DNA of 64,000 nucleotides. Source: Ascidiella aspersa (taxonomy: Eukaryota). The DNA lies in assembly GCA_963924565.1 (NCBI GenBank), contig OZ004614.1, positions 26,040,001 to 26,104,000 on the forward strand. The letters run 5' to 3'. Position 1 is the first letter of the stretch. Every line of letters starts with the position of its first letter. The notes under the pieces are model-generated. The model saw only the letters and a list, made by a program, of their open reading frames with translations, had not been told where the DNA came from and did not search any database. Positions 39,001 to 53,400 of the stretch are shown piece after piece. Both the position numbers and the translations under genes were made by a program.

Positions 39001-40615
39001 TCACGTGAGCGATTGTTACACACGATTGTTTCGTGATAATCCATTATCGCATTATCGGTTCGTCACATTGGCTTTTGTGTACTGCTGGCCCAACCACAAA
39101 CACCAGCTTAATCAAGGGATAGGAAAAGTGTTTTAAGGTTGTTCAAGTTAAAGTGTCTTGAGGGACCAGAACGGTTAGTCAAGTTTATCCGATGGTTTCT
39201 TCAAATATTGCCTACTTCTGTAGCTACAGCAACTATGTGATTATTACATACTTAGGTACGTGATCATGTTCCCCAACCGTAATTTTTCCTATTTTAACTA
39301 AAAATCTTAATTACGTTTCCATATCTTACCCCGTTTTGATAAAATCGTTTTAGCCCAAATGCATCGTGCTCCTCATCGCACAATCGAAAATAAACGAAAA
39401 CTGCCTTAGTCCTGAATAAATGTAGTTTACCAAGTGTTTTTTTATCCGGTTGGTAAATACTCCTAAAGCGGAAATTTAACATTAATACAGGTTACTGCTG
39501 TTATTGACTGCTGAGTGCTAAAAACTAAAATTTGTAGCCAGCCTTCGAATTGGCAAACTTTTTTTTGAAAAGTAAATTTATTCATCCTTTTTTATTATTA
39601 TTAATTAACTGATTGCAGGTTCAAAATCTTTTTTTTTTAAAGGTTGAATGTTACCAAATTTCCCCTGTAGTAGTAACTACCAAGAGGTGGAGAACCCCTG
39701 AGGTAAACTACATTTATTCACGACTAAGGCAATTTCCACAACAGCTTAAATGTAGCTTATGCAAATTGCAGACCCCTTATGTAGCGTTGGTTAAAATCCC
39801 AACAATTCTCCACAGCACGACACTAAAATATTCAAAACCCACTGGTTTAAAGCGATGGGCAATTCAAGTGTACTCGGCCCATTCATAAAAAACACCTTTA
39901 TTTCTGATTGTTTTAATTATCTTCACATTAGCGCGTGATTATTACGTGGCAAATAAGCTCGTGAGGTCATAATTAACTCCTTGTCTCGCCACCTCCATAG
40001 CGCGATCGATTGTTACGTCACAGGCGTTGGACAAGTATGGTCGCTGTTTTTCTTTCGGGTTGTATCGAAGCTGACAATTGTTGCGTCAACAGACGAGCAT
40101 TGTCTCCAACTCGATGTGTGGCCAAAAAAACAAGGTTCGCGTCCCAACCTCGCAATACACAGCTGGAAGCGGCACGAATAGAAACGGCCGGCACCTTCTG
40201 CAAAACTTGTTCGCGCCGGTTTTTCCACATTTTTAGGTATTTTATTATTATTATTGATTTAACGACAATCAGGTGGCAGTCTTGCGATTGTAGAAAACCT
40301 TTTGTCGTGAATTTTAGATTTTTAAGCTTGTTACTTTGTTGTAAATGACTTGTGTCACTGTTTTCAAATGAGTTTTTGGGTAAAATTACTTAATTTGGAC
40401 TTTAGTCATTGGGGTAATCACCTTGGGTGAGTGTTTTCAATAAATATGTTTTAATAAAAATTGTGTCCCTGCGCATAAAACACTTTGCTTGTTATGTTTT
40501 GGCTTTCGGTTGTTTTTAGTTGAATTGCTTATAACTTTAAAGTTTAACTTTTTTTTACTTCACTGACTTGGAATGGGGCTTGACTTGTTATTTTTTGCAA
40601 AATACTCCACTTTGA

Positions 40616-40867
40616 CTGTTCAGTTCTAAACAACGCCGAATAAAGAAAGAAAAACAAAAGTTTAAAGCTTGCCTTTTGGCCCAAGTGTAAGCAAGTTATT
40701 TACAAAAGAAAGTTATATTACAATGACCTTACTGGAACTTAAGTATTTTACAAATGGCTTGACAGGGACTTAAGTCATTTCAATATAACTTGACTACACT
40801 TGGGCCAAAAGGCAAGCTTTAAACTTTGTTTTTCTTTTTTTATTCGGTGTTGTTTAGAACTGAACAG
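40616..40867. repeat. Long inverted repeat (~72-bp arms, ~105-bp spacer)
   Basis: 40616-40689 is near-identical to the reverse complement of 40795-40867. Confidence 0.9.
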
Positions 40868-41431
40868 GGTCTAGAACAGACCTGGCCGCCTTTTTGGCCA
40901 CATATTCTGGCCGTTCGGTTGGTTCGAAGCCTTCTGTAGCTTGAGCCATTTAAAGGTTTCAAGTTTCATCGGCCGTAACAAGAAACGACAGTTTGTAACA
41001 AACCTGGGGCGCTGATATTTTGCGAACAGATTCCGCAGGCAACTCTTCGAGACAGCTTACACGGCGTGACAAATATTTAACTTTGCAAGCAAAACTTCAT
41101 TAAATTCAAACTTCTTAGCAAAAATACAATGTTGTAAGCGTTGTTTCTTAATTTCTGTGTTTTTATTTTATAAATTTGCCTGGTGTTGTTATAAAACAGT
41201 GTAATTTAATACGCCGTGTTGCAAGTTACTTTTAATACGGCGTATTTATGTGACCTCCGAGCAATGGTGGGAGGCGGAGTTTAAGCTTAGCGGAGGTCGT
41301 GAGGCTTAGTTGTGGCCCAAGCAAGCAATTTTACTTGGTAGTTGCAGGATTTACAAGTTGTGTATTCACTCCTACTGTTGTTACTGAACCTCAAGGACTA
41401 GTTGGTGGATTGAGAACGAAGTTGGGCAACT

Positions 41432-44400
41432 ATGGATCCCGAATTCGTGCTAGTAAACGGTAATTTGGTTATTTTAAGCATAAGTTTGAGAAAGCAGCGA
41501 AGTAGGTTATTGAGTTATAGTATTGGTTTATTGGTGAAGTAATGCTACTGATAGGTGGTGTTTCATCTACTTCTGTTTAACAATGTCAGTTGTTTTCATT
41601 TTATATAAAAATATTCAAATACGAGATTTGTTTTTTTAAGTAAGTATGCCTCGTCAGCCAAATTTGGCAGTACACATGTGTTTTTACTTTATTTATTTCG
41701 ATATATGTTTTATGATTTATGTTACATTAGTGGCGTCAGTTCAGGTTCGCATGATAACAGGTGCAATTGTAACCTTACCCCTGTGATGTTTGTTCCACAT
41801 TAAAAAGGCGCCTTCTTCACCCTACTTTTGATTCTTTATAAACACTTTTAATTCGATTCATTGAAAGTGCTTTTAAAGACGAAATACTCTGAATGGTTTT
41901 CGATTTTACTCAAAAAGATCTTTGCTCAAAAGATTTGTCTCTTTCAAATCCTGCCGTGTACAAAGTACAATAGTTTTGTCACACCGAAAAGTTTTGTTAC
42001 ACCGAAAAGCCATTGCAGACTCGCCGAATCTGTCGATCAATGATTCAAGCAGGGCAGACTAGAAAAACGTAAAACTAGCCTGTGGTGAGGTTCGAACTCA
42101 CGACCTCGGCCATACCGGGACCGTCGATCTACCAACTGAGCTGCACAGGCTCAGAAGAAGCAAGTCAAGAAACAACCAGGGAACCGTTGCCTGCTGCATT
42201 CTGTTCGCAAAACTAGCCTGTGGTGAGGTTCGAACTCACGACCTCGGTCATACCGGGACCGTCGATCTACCAACTGAGCTGCACAGGCTCAGAGAGGAGC
42301 AAGTCGATGGATTTTATGATAAAATCAGTGAAAAATCTTAAACAACATTCTACATTCGATCGCATGAAATGGCCTAATTCTACATATTAATTTGTTATCG
42401 GGTCGGCAACGATACTACACTGTTAAAAATATTGGGTACTTCATTAAAAAAGTTTTGGGTAGTGCAACAGTTTACCCCGAAACAGGGCCAAAATATTTGG
42501 GTACCCTTAAAACCTACCCAAGTAGAATTGGGTAGCGTGTTTTTCTTAAGAAATTTCCCTTTTTTGTTGGGTAAAAAAACATGCTACCCAATTGGAAGAA
42601 AATTTTTTTTTTTTTTTTTTGGGTAGTAAGATTTCATACCCAATTATTCATGGAACGTTTCTACCCAAAACAGGAAAATTGGGTATTAATCACAAGTACC
42701 CAATTCCAATTTCTCGAATTGGGTAATCATAACACCCTAAAAGAATTAGGTATGAGCTTTTATACCCAAAACGCATGTACCCAAAATCGGTGAATTGGGT
42801 AAGGTTAACAAATACCTAATTACCAAAATGGGTACTCTTAACTTCCTAAAAACAGTGGTTTCAGCTTAGCATAAAACAAGACTCCAAAGCAAATTTTAAT
42901 ACGTATACCCTTGTATCGGACTAATACGGATTCTACCACTTAGCATAGGGTTTTGGCTCTGTTCCGATAATACCATAATTGCAAATATTTAATGTTCACG
43001 TTTGCTCCGCAAGGTTCTAGCGCACAGGTCGTGAAACATTTAGAGGGCCGCATTTCTTCGTTTAATTTATTTATTTTTTGTTCAGCTTTATTATTGATGT
43101 TGTATACTGAAAATATTTGTTAGGCTGTATTAAAACAAATTGCTATTCATAAAAGGATAATACAAAAAGTGAAACTAAATAATACCAAAAGTAACAGTTT
43201 CTGAGTCGGAAATAATCGGTAACTTTACGGAGCAAACGTACTGTACACTGTGTATCCTAAACAGCTCAAATGGAACATAAACGCAAGAACATTACGAATT
43301 GCGTGAACAACCACCATCTATATGGTTTACAAGGGTGGTCCAAACACAGGCCCGTGGGCCAAACCCGCTCCTGCGGCCTGCCAGTTTGATTTCTCCGGCC
43401 GAACATATTTCCTAAAACAAAGTATATTTTCCTAAAACAAAGTTTATTAATATTTGCCTTTAAACAGGAAAAGCAAACAAAGCTAACATAAGTTTTTATG
43501 AAATTTTAAACTGAGCGACAATTTAATAAAACTCGCAATATAAGCGGAAGCACATTCGAATGTAAGGAATCTCCCGCAGACAATAAAATGTAAAAGAAAG
43601 ATCCTTGCTTTCGTATCAGATGACGAATAATCCATTTTACAGAAATCAATATTTCGCCCTATGAATAGGCATCGTCAGTTCCTGCTCGCTATATATTTCT
43701 TGATAGCTAGTTTTTGGTTCCCTTCGTTTCAGAAAATCAAGTCTATTAAGGTAAAAAAAAAAACTATATCCGGCAAGCGACCTTCTATCCTCATAGTTAT
43801 CCGGGCCTTTATGAAAAAAGCTGGTTTATAACATTGTTGAGCTTAAATATTAATTTTGGAGTTAAATAAGCAATTTTTTGTGTAAAAATTTTACCACTTT
43901 TGAAAATTGCTTTTCAGACTGCAAATTATGGCTGAATCCGACACCACCAATTAACATTGGTTATTCGTTATGATCTGTTATTATTGGATGACAGGGTTTT
44001 CAAATTTTTAACGTGGTTCAAGAATTGTCTGCATGAAATATTTGTTAACAAATGTTTTGCCCCGGGAATATTAGCCTAGAAGTAATTAAGGTTAAAATGT
44101 TTTTGTTGTTGTTATTGGCAACAGAGAGTCTGGACGTCGACGAGTTCCTCAGTGACGTGTCAATGCACCTGCGCAGACGCGACCTGCGCATGTTGCTAGG
44201 CTACATCGGGCTTACATCGAGAGAGGTGGACTCGATGTTGTACGATTGCGAGTAAGTATCTTGAGATCCACTTTTTAAACTCGACTTTGTTTTTTGGCTC
44301 GAACCGGAACTAGACTTTTTTTAGTAAGTCGGTTTTCGGACTAGTGATTCCGATTCGAATTGTTTAAAATCGACTCCACAGTCATGTTTAAACTTTGGCT

Positions 44401-47400
44401 GTTATCTTAAATATTATTGGTAGAAAAAGTTTTTCTGGTTTATTTTAAACGCTTTTGCAGTTTACGCTTTTCGTGAAATTTCAATATATTTATAACGTGC
44501 TCAGTGCTCACGTTTAAATGGATGAATTTGGGGAAACAGTGCTGTGGTTCGAACGAAGTATATATGCATATTTCTTTAAAGATAAATATACTGTTGCTGC
44601 CATTGTTTAACTTAAAAATCGTTTTTCTGACCAAATTTATTGAAGTACCGACGTTTCGATCATCTTTTCGGGCATTTTTTTAATTGCAACTATAGGCGAG
44701 AAATATTTGTACCAGACAACAGTAAAAGAAAAACAACTTCTTTTAAGATTTTTTAATATTGTCTGACCTGAATTGCTAGCTGTGCTAGAGTATTTTAAAC
44801 TGTTACTGATGAGGAATTAAGGTCGACATTTATCTCGCAAGGGACAAGGTGATTTCCAATATCACCTATTCAGTGCTACATCTAATATTGAATGTAAGAA
44901 GAACGATTTAAGTTCGCGACTGTCATCAATGTGTTTTAGTGTAACAACGTTAAACACAATACAGAGCTCTATTCTCAGGCTTCCATTGAACAGTAATTCG
45001 ATATTGTAATAACACAATGATGTATAGCTCTGGGTTTTAAAGTGTTTGTAAGTAGAACACCACAACGTTGTTTTGTTGTTGTGTTACAAATAGAACTAAT
45101 TACTTGCTTTATTCCTTAAAACCCTTGTTTTCAAAGAATTAAAATGAACGTCAAATAACTTTATCTATGTCGTTAAGATGCAAACTTAAGTTTAAGGTAA
45201 TTTTTTTCAAAAAACAATTAAAGTCATTATTAGATCAAGTCATTTTAAATCAAGTCTTTAAAATAAGTAAAACTTTAAACCATTAAAATTGGTAAACTCG
45301 TGAGAATATGAGCAATAATTCAACTAAAAAATAACAAAGCAAAAATTATTTCAACCCAAGTTATTTGACAAACAAGCCAAAGTCAAGTTAGCTTGACCAA
45401 CAGAATTAAGTCAAGTCATTACAAACAGTGGCTTAAGTCATTACAAACAGTGTAGTTTAAGTTTTGGTGCTAAACAGTAGTTTCATCACTTTATGTTGGA
45501 CATGCTCCGTTTATTAAAAAATGTGTTTTTTGGCGAAATTTTAGCTTAAAATCATATTCCCCTCTTGAAGACCCTAAATCTGCACGATTGTTCAAAAAGC
45601 GGCAAAAAATCCGCATGAAAAATACTGTTATCTATCTCTGTCAAAGTAGTCCTGATAAAATTAGTGCTCATAATATGCCATCACCGAAATTAAAGGGAAA
45701 AGACATTACAGAAATTCGTTGCTTAAACAAAATACAGACAAGCATTGAAAAATATACTTTACCCCTGTTGTGCTGGTCAAAGCCTACATTCATAATTAGT
45801 GTTTCTCAACCGCGGCTCCTGTTGTATTTTTAGCGGCTCCCAGTAGGGTTAAAAAAATAACATGATTTATGAGAAGCATATTTGCACGCGAGTTCGCTCA
45901 ACAGCAGCAGGTGTTATTACATTAATTGTTTGATTACTGAAAATGTTCAAGCCCCCAAAATAACAATACTGGACCACCCCTGCACATAACATACCGCGAT
46001 GCCAAAACAACTTTCGAAGTAAATTTGCCTTATTTAGCAAGAAAATAGAACGTTTCAGAGTAAATGGTTAGATAAACATTTTGCCTTCTTTGATGTGGTT
46101 TATTAATTTTAAATTTATTTTCAATAAACTGCTTGATCTTTTTGCGGTTTTAAAATGGACAGTATAATTTTAACTCACATGCTTACAAAGATTGAGAACC
46201 ACTGCTCATAATATACCGCCCTTGGAAACGACATTCGCGAAATTAATAGCCAGTTCTCGATTTTATTATGTTCCGTCAACCTCTGTGTATATATCTGGTT
46301 CTTAATACTTATCCTTCAGCCAATATCCTACACTGTACGCCCCGCCCGGCCACCCGCAGAGTCGCTGTAACAAGGTTGTTGGGAGAAATGCTGATAGGCA
46401 AACAGCTGATTCCAATAATTTCGTTATATACGAGACAAGCTGCTACAACCAGATGTTGCGAATGGAACAAATCTTGCGTAACAAACGCAACAAATTGGAA
46501 GCAAAATAATTGCATTAGGGTGGTCGATTTAAATTTGTAGTCGGTCATTACAGATCTGAACACTTAAAAATAAAACGCTTCAAATGAGTAACAACAAAAA
46601 ACATTACATAAAAGTGATTTGAAATGCAATTGACCCCAATCACGTGTTGAGAGATGTCCGATAATATGGGATCGGAGCCGATACCCGATGCCAAGTGGTA
46701 GTATCGGTACTCGTCCGATAATATCGGATCGGAGCCGATACCCGATGCCAAGTGGTAGTATCGGTACTCGTCCGATAATATCGGATCGGAGCCGATACCC
46801 GATGCCAAGTGGTTGTATCGGTACTCGTCCGATAATATCGGATCGGAGCCGATACCCGATACCAAGTGGTAGTATCGGTACTCGTCCGATAATATCGGAT
46901 CGGAGCCGATACCCGATGCCAAGTGGTTGTATCGGTACTCGTCCGATAATATCGGATCGGAGCCGATACCCGATGCCAAGTGGTTGTATCGGTACTCGTC
47001 CGATAATATCGGATCGGAGCCGATACCCGATTCCAAGTGGTTGTATCGGTACTCGTCCGATAATATCGGATCGGAGCCGATACCCGATGCCAAGTGGTGG
47101 TATCGGTACTCGTCCGATAATATCGGATCGGAGCCGATACCCGATGCCAAGTGGTTGTATCGGTACTCGTCCGATAATATCGGATCGGAGCCGATACCCG
47201 ATACCAAGTGGTAGTATCGGTACTCGTCCGATAATATCGGATCGGAGCCGATACCAGATTCCAAGTGGTGGTATCGGTACTCGTCCGATAATATCGGATC
47301 GGAGCCGATACCCGATTCCAAGTGGTGGTATCGGTACTCGTCCGATAATATCGGATCGGAGCCGATACCCGATTCCAAGTGGTAGTATCGGTACTCGTCC

Positions 47401-50400
47401 GATAATATCGGATCGGAGCCGATACCCGATGCCAAGTGGTAGTATCGGTACTCGTCCGATAATATCGGATCGGAGCCGATACCCGATACCAAGTGGTAGT
47501 ATCGGTACTCGTCCGATAATATCGGATCGGAGCCGATACCCGATACCAAGTGGTAGTATCGGTACTCGTCCGATAATATCGGATCGGAGCCGATACCCGA
47601 TACCAAGTGGTAGTATCGGTACTCGTCCGATAATATCGGATCGGAGCCGATACCCGATACCAAGTGGTAGTATCGGTACTCGTCCGATACTCTGGTGGTA
47701 TCGGTGCTAAATCGATATTAGAACTTCAGCCATATTTCGCCACCCAACGCAACCATTTTACCTTGCAAGGTAGAATTTTAAAAATACGGCATGCGATTTT
47801 TTTGTTGGTAGCATTTTGAGTTGTGACATTTTTCCAGGTTGAAGGCAGGTACAGAGCGGGGACTTCTTTCCACAAGCGGAACTGTGGTGGAGGGAAGCAG
47901 CTCCATCAACTTCATGGAGCAGAGGAGAGGAGCAATGAAGAGATGGTGGGAGCACGCCAGCAACACAAAGAGCAGGAGCACTCCTTCACAACAGAAAGTC
48001 AAGGTACGGGGCTTGGAGATGGTTTGGCTTGCGGCACCCTACAAAAATTATAAATAGTTCGCGGCACCCTTGCTCGTATTTTCGCTGAGTCATTAACTGT
48101 AACGTCACAAAAATTTGTATCAAGAAAGAATTGAAATCCTAAAAGAATTTGCAATATCTCTCAGCACCCTTAGGCGTAGAAAATGGCCGCCCTAGAGTGC
48201 CGCGGCAACCCAGTTAAGAACAATTGACTCGGAGTTTTAGATCACAATAAGGAAAAGTAGGTTGTTTGGCGTTTCAAAGGGCAATTTCGTTTTTAAGTTT
48301 GGCGTATGATGAATATTAAATCCCATAGAGAATTAGGTAGCATTTTTGAACGTTTCGGATAAATGTTAAGATAACGGAGGTTGTAGTTGGAAGTAGAATG
48401 AACATCAAAGCCCATACACAAGCAGGAAGCATTTTAAACGTTTCGAATAACTCTTTATTCAGTTTTTTTAACGTCACCTATACTTTTGTATGAGCTTAGA
48501 TATTTATTCCACGGCTAACTACAACCTTTGCCATAACTTTTTACACCTTCGGCCGTCTCGGATCTTTTGCAAATGTTAGTTTTCAGGAGAGATTAATATG
48601 TATCTTTTAGAACAGTGTTTCGCTAATCTCTACCCATGGTGCACGTCTCTAAATTGGGCAGCTCACGCATGGATAACTTTAGTCTCACCAACAAAAAGTT
48701 GATTTTAGAATTGGGTGGTCAAAGCTTCGCATTTGGACTTACGCTTTTATTCTAAAAATTAAACAAATTTCCTAATTTTTTTATCATCATGCAAAGTTAA
48801 TATGTTTGATCTTTTTAAAGTGGTTTAATAAATAAAGCAGTTAAATGTTATTTGGATTTCATTTTCAGTTAATTCAAATTTTGACACTCCAGGTATATAT
48901 AATGCTGAGAAACACTCTTAGTATAATACCTATCTTTATCATGCGTATTCTATGTTAACATAAGTCATTTCTCACCTGTTCTTAGGTTGTGGAGTCGAGC
49001 AACTACGTTCTGCCGCAAATACCCGAGAACGGTGACGTCGGTGCTGGTGACGTAGGCCATGTTGTGTTCGACGTCACAGCAGCCAAGTTCCCCCCGATCA
49101 CGCCCTTCCACCTTCGTAACGACCCGGGTAAGCTGATGGTCCAAGATTGGAAGGATCTGAGATCAAGTATTATTTGCGCATTCTTGTCGGCCGCACACTA
49201 GTGTTGTTTAAAAAAATAAGTAACGTTATTATAATTAAAGTTATTACATATTCAGTTAATGCGACGGTTAATCTGATGCACGAACGGAGCGTCTAATAAT
49301 TACAACATTCCTCTGTAAGTAGTATATTTTTTTCTAGGGTAAAGAGTTATTTGGCTGCACAGTGTACATGGCTTTATAGACCACCCCTGCTTCCAAATTA
49401 ATGTTCGTTTTAACGTAAAACAGCAAGGTATTTCTCCTGTGGGTCGAATCATATTTCCGATATCTTGCGATTACGATTTTTAATTTGTGTTTAACGCAAT
49501 CTCAGCGTAGGATTTTGCGTGAAGGCTAAATAAGGCTTAGTAAAAAAATAGTGGACCACGTATTGATTGGCTTAAATCATTTATAAAAAGCATCAATTTC
49601 TATCGCCGATAAACCGCGTCATTATACGTCATAGGTTAATCAGGTGTCACTATAGAAAGACAAATTGTGTTGATTCTCGACAAGCTTTCCGCACAACAAA
49701 GCAATTAAAATGCACGAGTTGCTTCCATTTCCACTTTGACCTACAAAGAAGCACGGTTGTACGAAAGCTTGTCGAGAATCAATACACTTTGTCTTTATAT
49801 AGTGCCACTAGATTACCCTATTTATAGAATTGACGCATACACCCAAAGATTATACGTCATGTCATCATGACGTCATGGATTAGGTTTCCTATTTTTTTTT
49901 GTAATTCTACAATTAATATATACTAATGTAGTTGTGATCTTTTTGTTTAGATCATCTGTTAAAGACTTCAGAAATTGTTCAGCCTGGCACCCCGACGATT
50001 GTCAGTGACATCTCTGGCACCATGCCACTCGTCAGTGACGCACAGGCAAGTAACATCGAAGTTTGGTGGCATGCGGAAGATTTTTTCGCTCTATTTCGAG
50101 TTGCATCACAGCCAAGCCCTATTAAAACTGAAATTAACTCAAAATTGGCATGGGGGTATATTTTGTGTGTTTAACTCTTGTATTGAATCCTACTAGACGG
50201 GCCCAGCGATATTCGATTTGAAAGCAATGCTCGCTGATTTCTCAGGTTTTATTTATTACAAAAAGTAAACTTCCCCACAGCGTATGCGTCTTTTAGGTAG
50301 CAGACAAAAATTCGTAGGTTCAGACGCAATAACCTATAAGACCAAAACATATGACTATGCAGTCAAAAGTTCAACTATGGCTGAGGCTAAAAATTTAAAT

Positions 50401-53400
50401 AGAGGAATAGAAGCTTAATTTTTTGATGTCTAAATTCACAAGCGTTTACAAACCGACTTAAATTATATTTTTCAATGCACGAAACAACACTAGTTTAGAG
50501 TTTAGACTCAGAGTAAGTTCTGCTGTTGCGAAGGGACTAACTAATATTGAGCGGCAAAATAAAACTATGTAAAAACTCGCACATAATTATGTTAAGCTAG
50601 AAGCTTCCCACACGTAGAAATCACACCATACTTGCGTGAGATCCGAACTTTAGACCTTTAAAAGATGCTTACACTAGCCACCTTTTAATACTTTGATAAA
50701 AATACTCGTTTATAATTATAATTTATATTTTATTTTAGCACCAGGCCGGGGTCGGGCTGATTACCCCCACAGAAACGGGGACTTCCCAACTGCTGGAGCC
50801 CCCTAAATCTGCAGGGCCGGTTGTTCAAGTTCCAATGGCGGAGGTAGGTTGAGTGAATTGCGTCCAAAAAACGCGATTGCGTTGGAAGTTTATTCAAAAT
50901 TTGTCACAATGACCAAAGAAACATATTTAAATGGCGTTGCGCGTTTAGTGAGCTACTTTCGAATTTATAAATTTTGCTTCATTAAACACAATAGGAAACT
51001 ATTTGTTATTTATTAAATCTCACGCAGATCACAAATGGTTCAAACACAATAAAGTACACTTATTTTAATTTTATATTTTTTTAACAACCAGTAGTTAATT
51101 ACTGGGTACAGTTGCTTGTATGTTTGTTGATAAAACCATAACTTGGTCAAATTCCAGGGCTTTTTGACGCTCAACCAGAAATTGTAAGAAGCATACTTGT
51201 TTACCAAACGTCATATGTTCCTCGTTCACCGTTTTTCCACAGATGTTGGGTTCGAACCGCGCCCCTCTCACCTACGGTATGTCGCTAGAGGGCGCTCTTA
51301 CCGTGGACCGGAGCCAGCAAACGGACGTCACAGGTTGTGACGTCATGCCCGACCAGGTGGCAATTTCTGGAAGCAACGTCACACTTGAGGTTCGGTATTT
51401 TTGATATTTTATTCCGATACGCAGTATTGTTGACAAAAATTATCGCCATCTAATTAATACCAAATGATATGATTAATATTTTCAAACAAGCAAAACAGCG
51501 AATTAAAACGTTCAAAAGCCTTTTTCCAGGTTGTTAGTCTAAATTTGCTTTGGCTTAAAGAAGTTTAGTTGCCGCCTATTAAACAAAATGCTTTCGAGGT
51601 TGATTTGCTGCCTTGGATCGTTATTATGGCTGAAGTTTCTATGTTAATTTGGTATCGGACGAGTACCGATACTACCCAAGTATCGGACGAGTACCGATAC
51701 TACACTTGGCATCGTGTATCTGCTTCGATCCGATATTATCGTACTTAATACAGAACTAATTTAAGTAACAACACAATATTAGTAAAGTGTCTTCTGTGTT
51801 ATTTCTCCCAGATAACTTCGTCTAAAAAACAGGATGTTAAATGGTCTTTTCGCCAAAATGCCAAATTTCGTTGTGACGTCATCACAAACGTCACATGTCA
51901 TGAAGCGCTTAGTGCGGCATTAAGTAACAACAATCGCCGGTTGTTCGTCATAAACGCCGGCTCTTTTATCGTAAACAATGGCCATTGTTACGTAAGAATC
52001 ATCGCGTGAATAATGCAGAGCGACAAAATTTGACGATGCATGAATTAATTAGCATAACGCCATTCGGTGGCTGTGTAAAAGGAAATACGAGACAACACGT
52101 CCTAAATATTTTATAGCGCGGATTAAAATCGCTGCATAATTTATTCGAACTTGCGACGATTTGTGATTTTTTTTTCGTAAATCGCGAATCATCGCCGCGA
52201 TTTTAATGAAAATCAATTTGTTGGCGCTTTTTGCAACATCTGCCCAAAACGTCGTCGCTTCTCTCGAGACTCGAGCTTGTTTTGCAAGTTTGACAAACGT
52301 CAGAATTTTAATGCAACGCATATTTTCCGCGCCTTGAAGTTAAATTCAAACTTACTTAAATTCTTAAATTTGGCAGTTCAGAAGAAAAGGCCTTTCGACA
52401 AACAATATTTCGACATAACTGCATTTTAAAAATATTCAACTTGGAGAGCTGCATCTAAATTTAATATTACACTGATTACCAGTATAAACACTCGTACCAA
52501 CAACTACAAGCACATAAGCTGTCATTTTGCAATTAAAATATGTTTAGAGATCCTGTGAAATGTTTTTCCAAGAAAAGTGAAACTTAAATGAGGTCTAATT
52601 CCGTTCAAGGAGAAGGCGCCAAAAGTTTTTTTTTTAAATTAAGTTTAAAAGAAATTAATTTATTTTTTTTTAAATATACTAAGATTTTAATTAGGCCTTC
52701 ATGGACCTACTTAAACTAGTCAACCTGCCCCTAGGTGTCCACGGACCCCAGTTTGAGAACCCCTGATCGAAAATCTCGTGACCCACATCACGCGGCCAGT
52801 AATCTGTGACGTCATTATATAACGTCATCGCTGAAAATGATAGCCGACCCTGGTCCTTGTGTACATTAGGTTTGATGACGTCATTTTTACGTTGAAGACG
52901 TCAATGTTCCGTTTGATGACGTATGTTGTTACGTTTGATGACGTATTTTGTTACGTTTGATGACGTATGTTGTTGCAGGAGCTGCTGCGCAAGTTGTGGA
53001 AGAGTCTGCAAGCTTGTGGGTTGAACAGAGTCGTTGAGGATTTGCAACAGAGGTGGCTTATAAGGGTCGACGTTAACCAGGGTGAGAAGTAACTTATGTT
53101 GGTTTTGTGGGTTTTGTGCTTTGGGCTGACAACAATCGCATTAAGATTAAAACTGTGCTTTTCAACCTATTTTTAGCGGCGCTGGAAAACTAAGCTTGGA
53201 TATAACAGCAGCCAAGTTTTGGCGACACAATTCTCTGAAATGAACTTGTGAACAAAACATCAGACATTATCATTGATAAGTTCGAATTTAATCATTATGA
53301 ACCATATCTTTGTATTGCCTTTTTCCCAAATTTTAAATAAATAATATTCAGAACCAATCCTAATAATTCTAACCATATATAACTAGTACAGTCGACGACC

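Noticed and set aside
3954-44880. A single 41-kb transposon bounded by inverted repeats at 3954-4033 and 44799-44880
   Set aside because: No matching TSD seen, each site also has a directly oriented shared segment, and the right end is inside an intron; two independent remnants are simpler.
46548-47710. 371-aa and 340-aa repeat ORFs, or a CRISPR-like array
   Set aside because: By-product of a stop-free 57-bp tandem unit inside an intron; no unique spacers, no cas genes, eukaryotic context.
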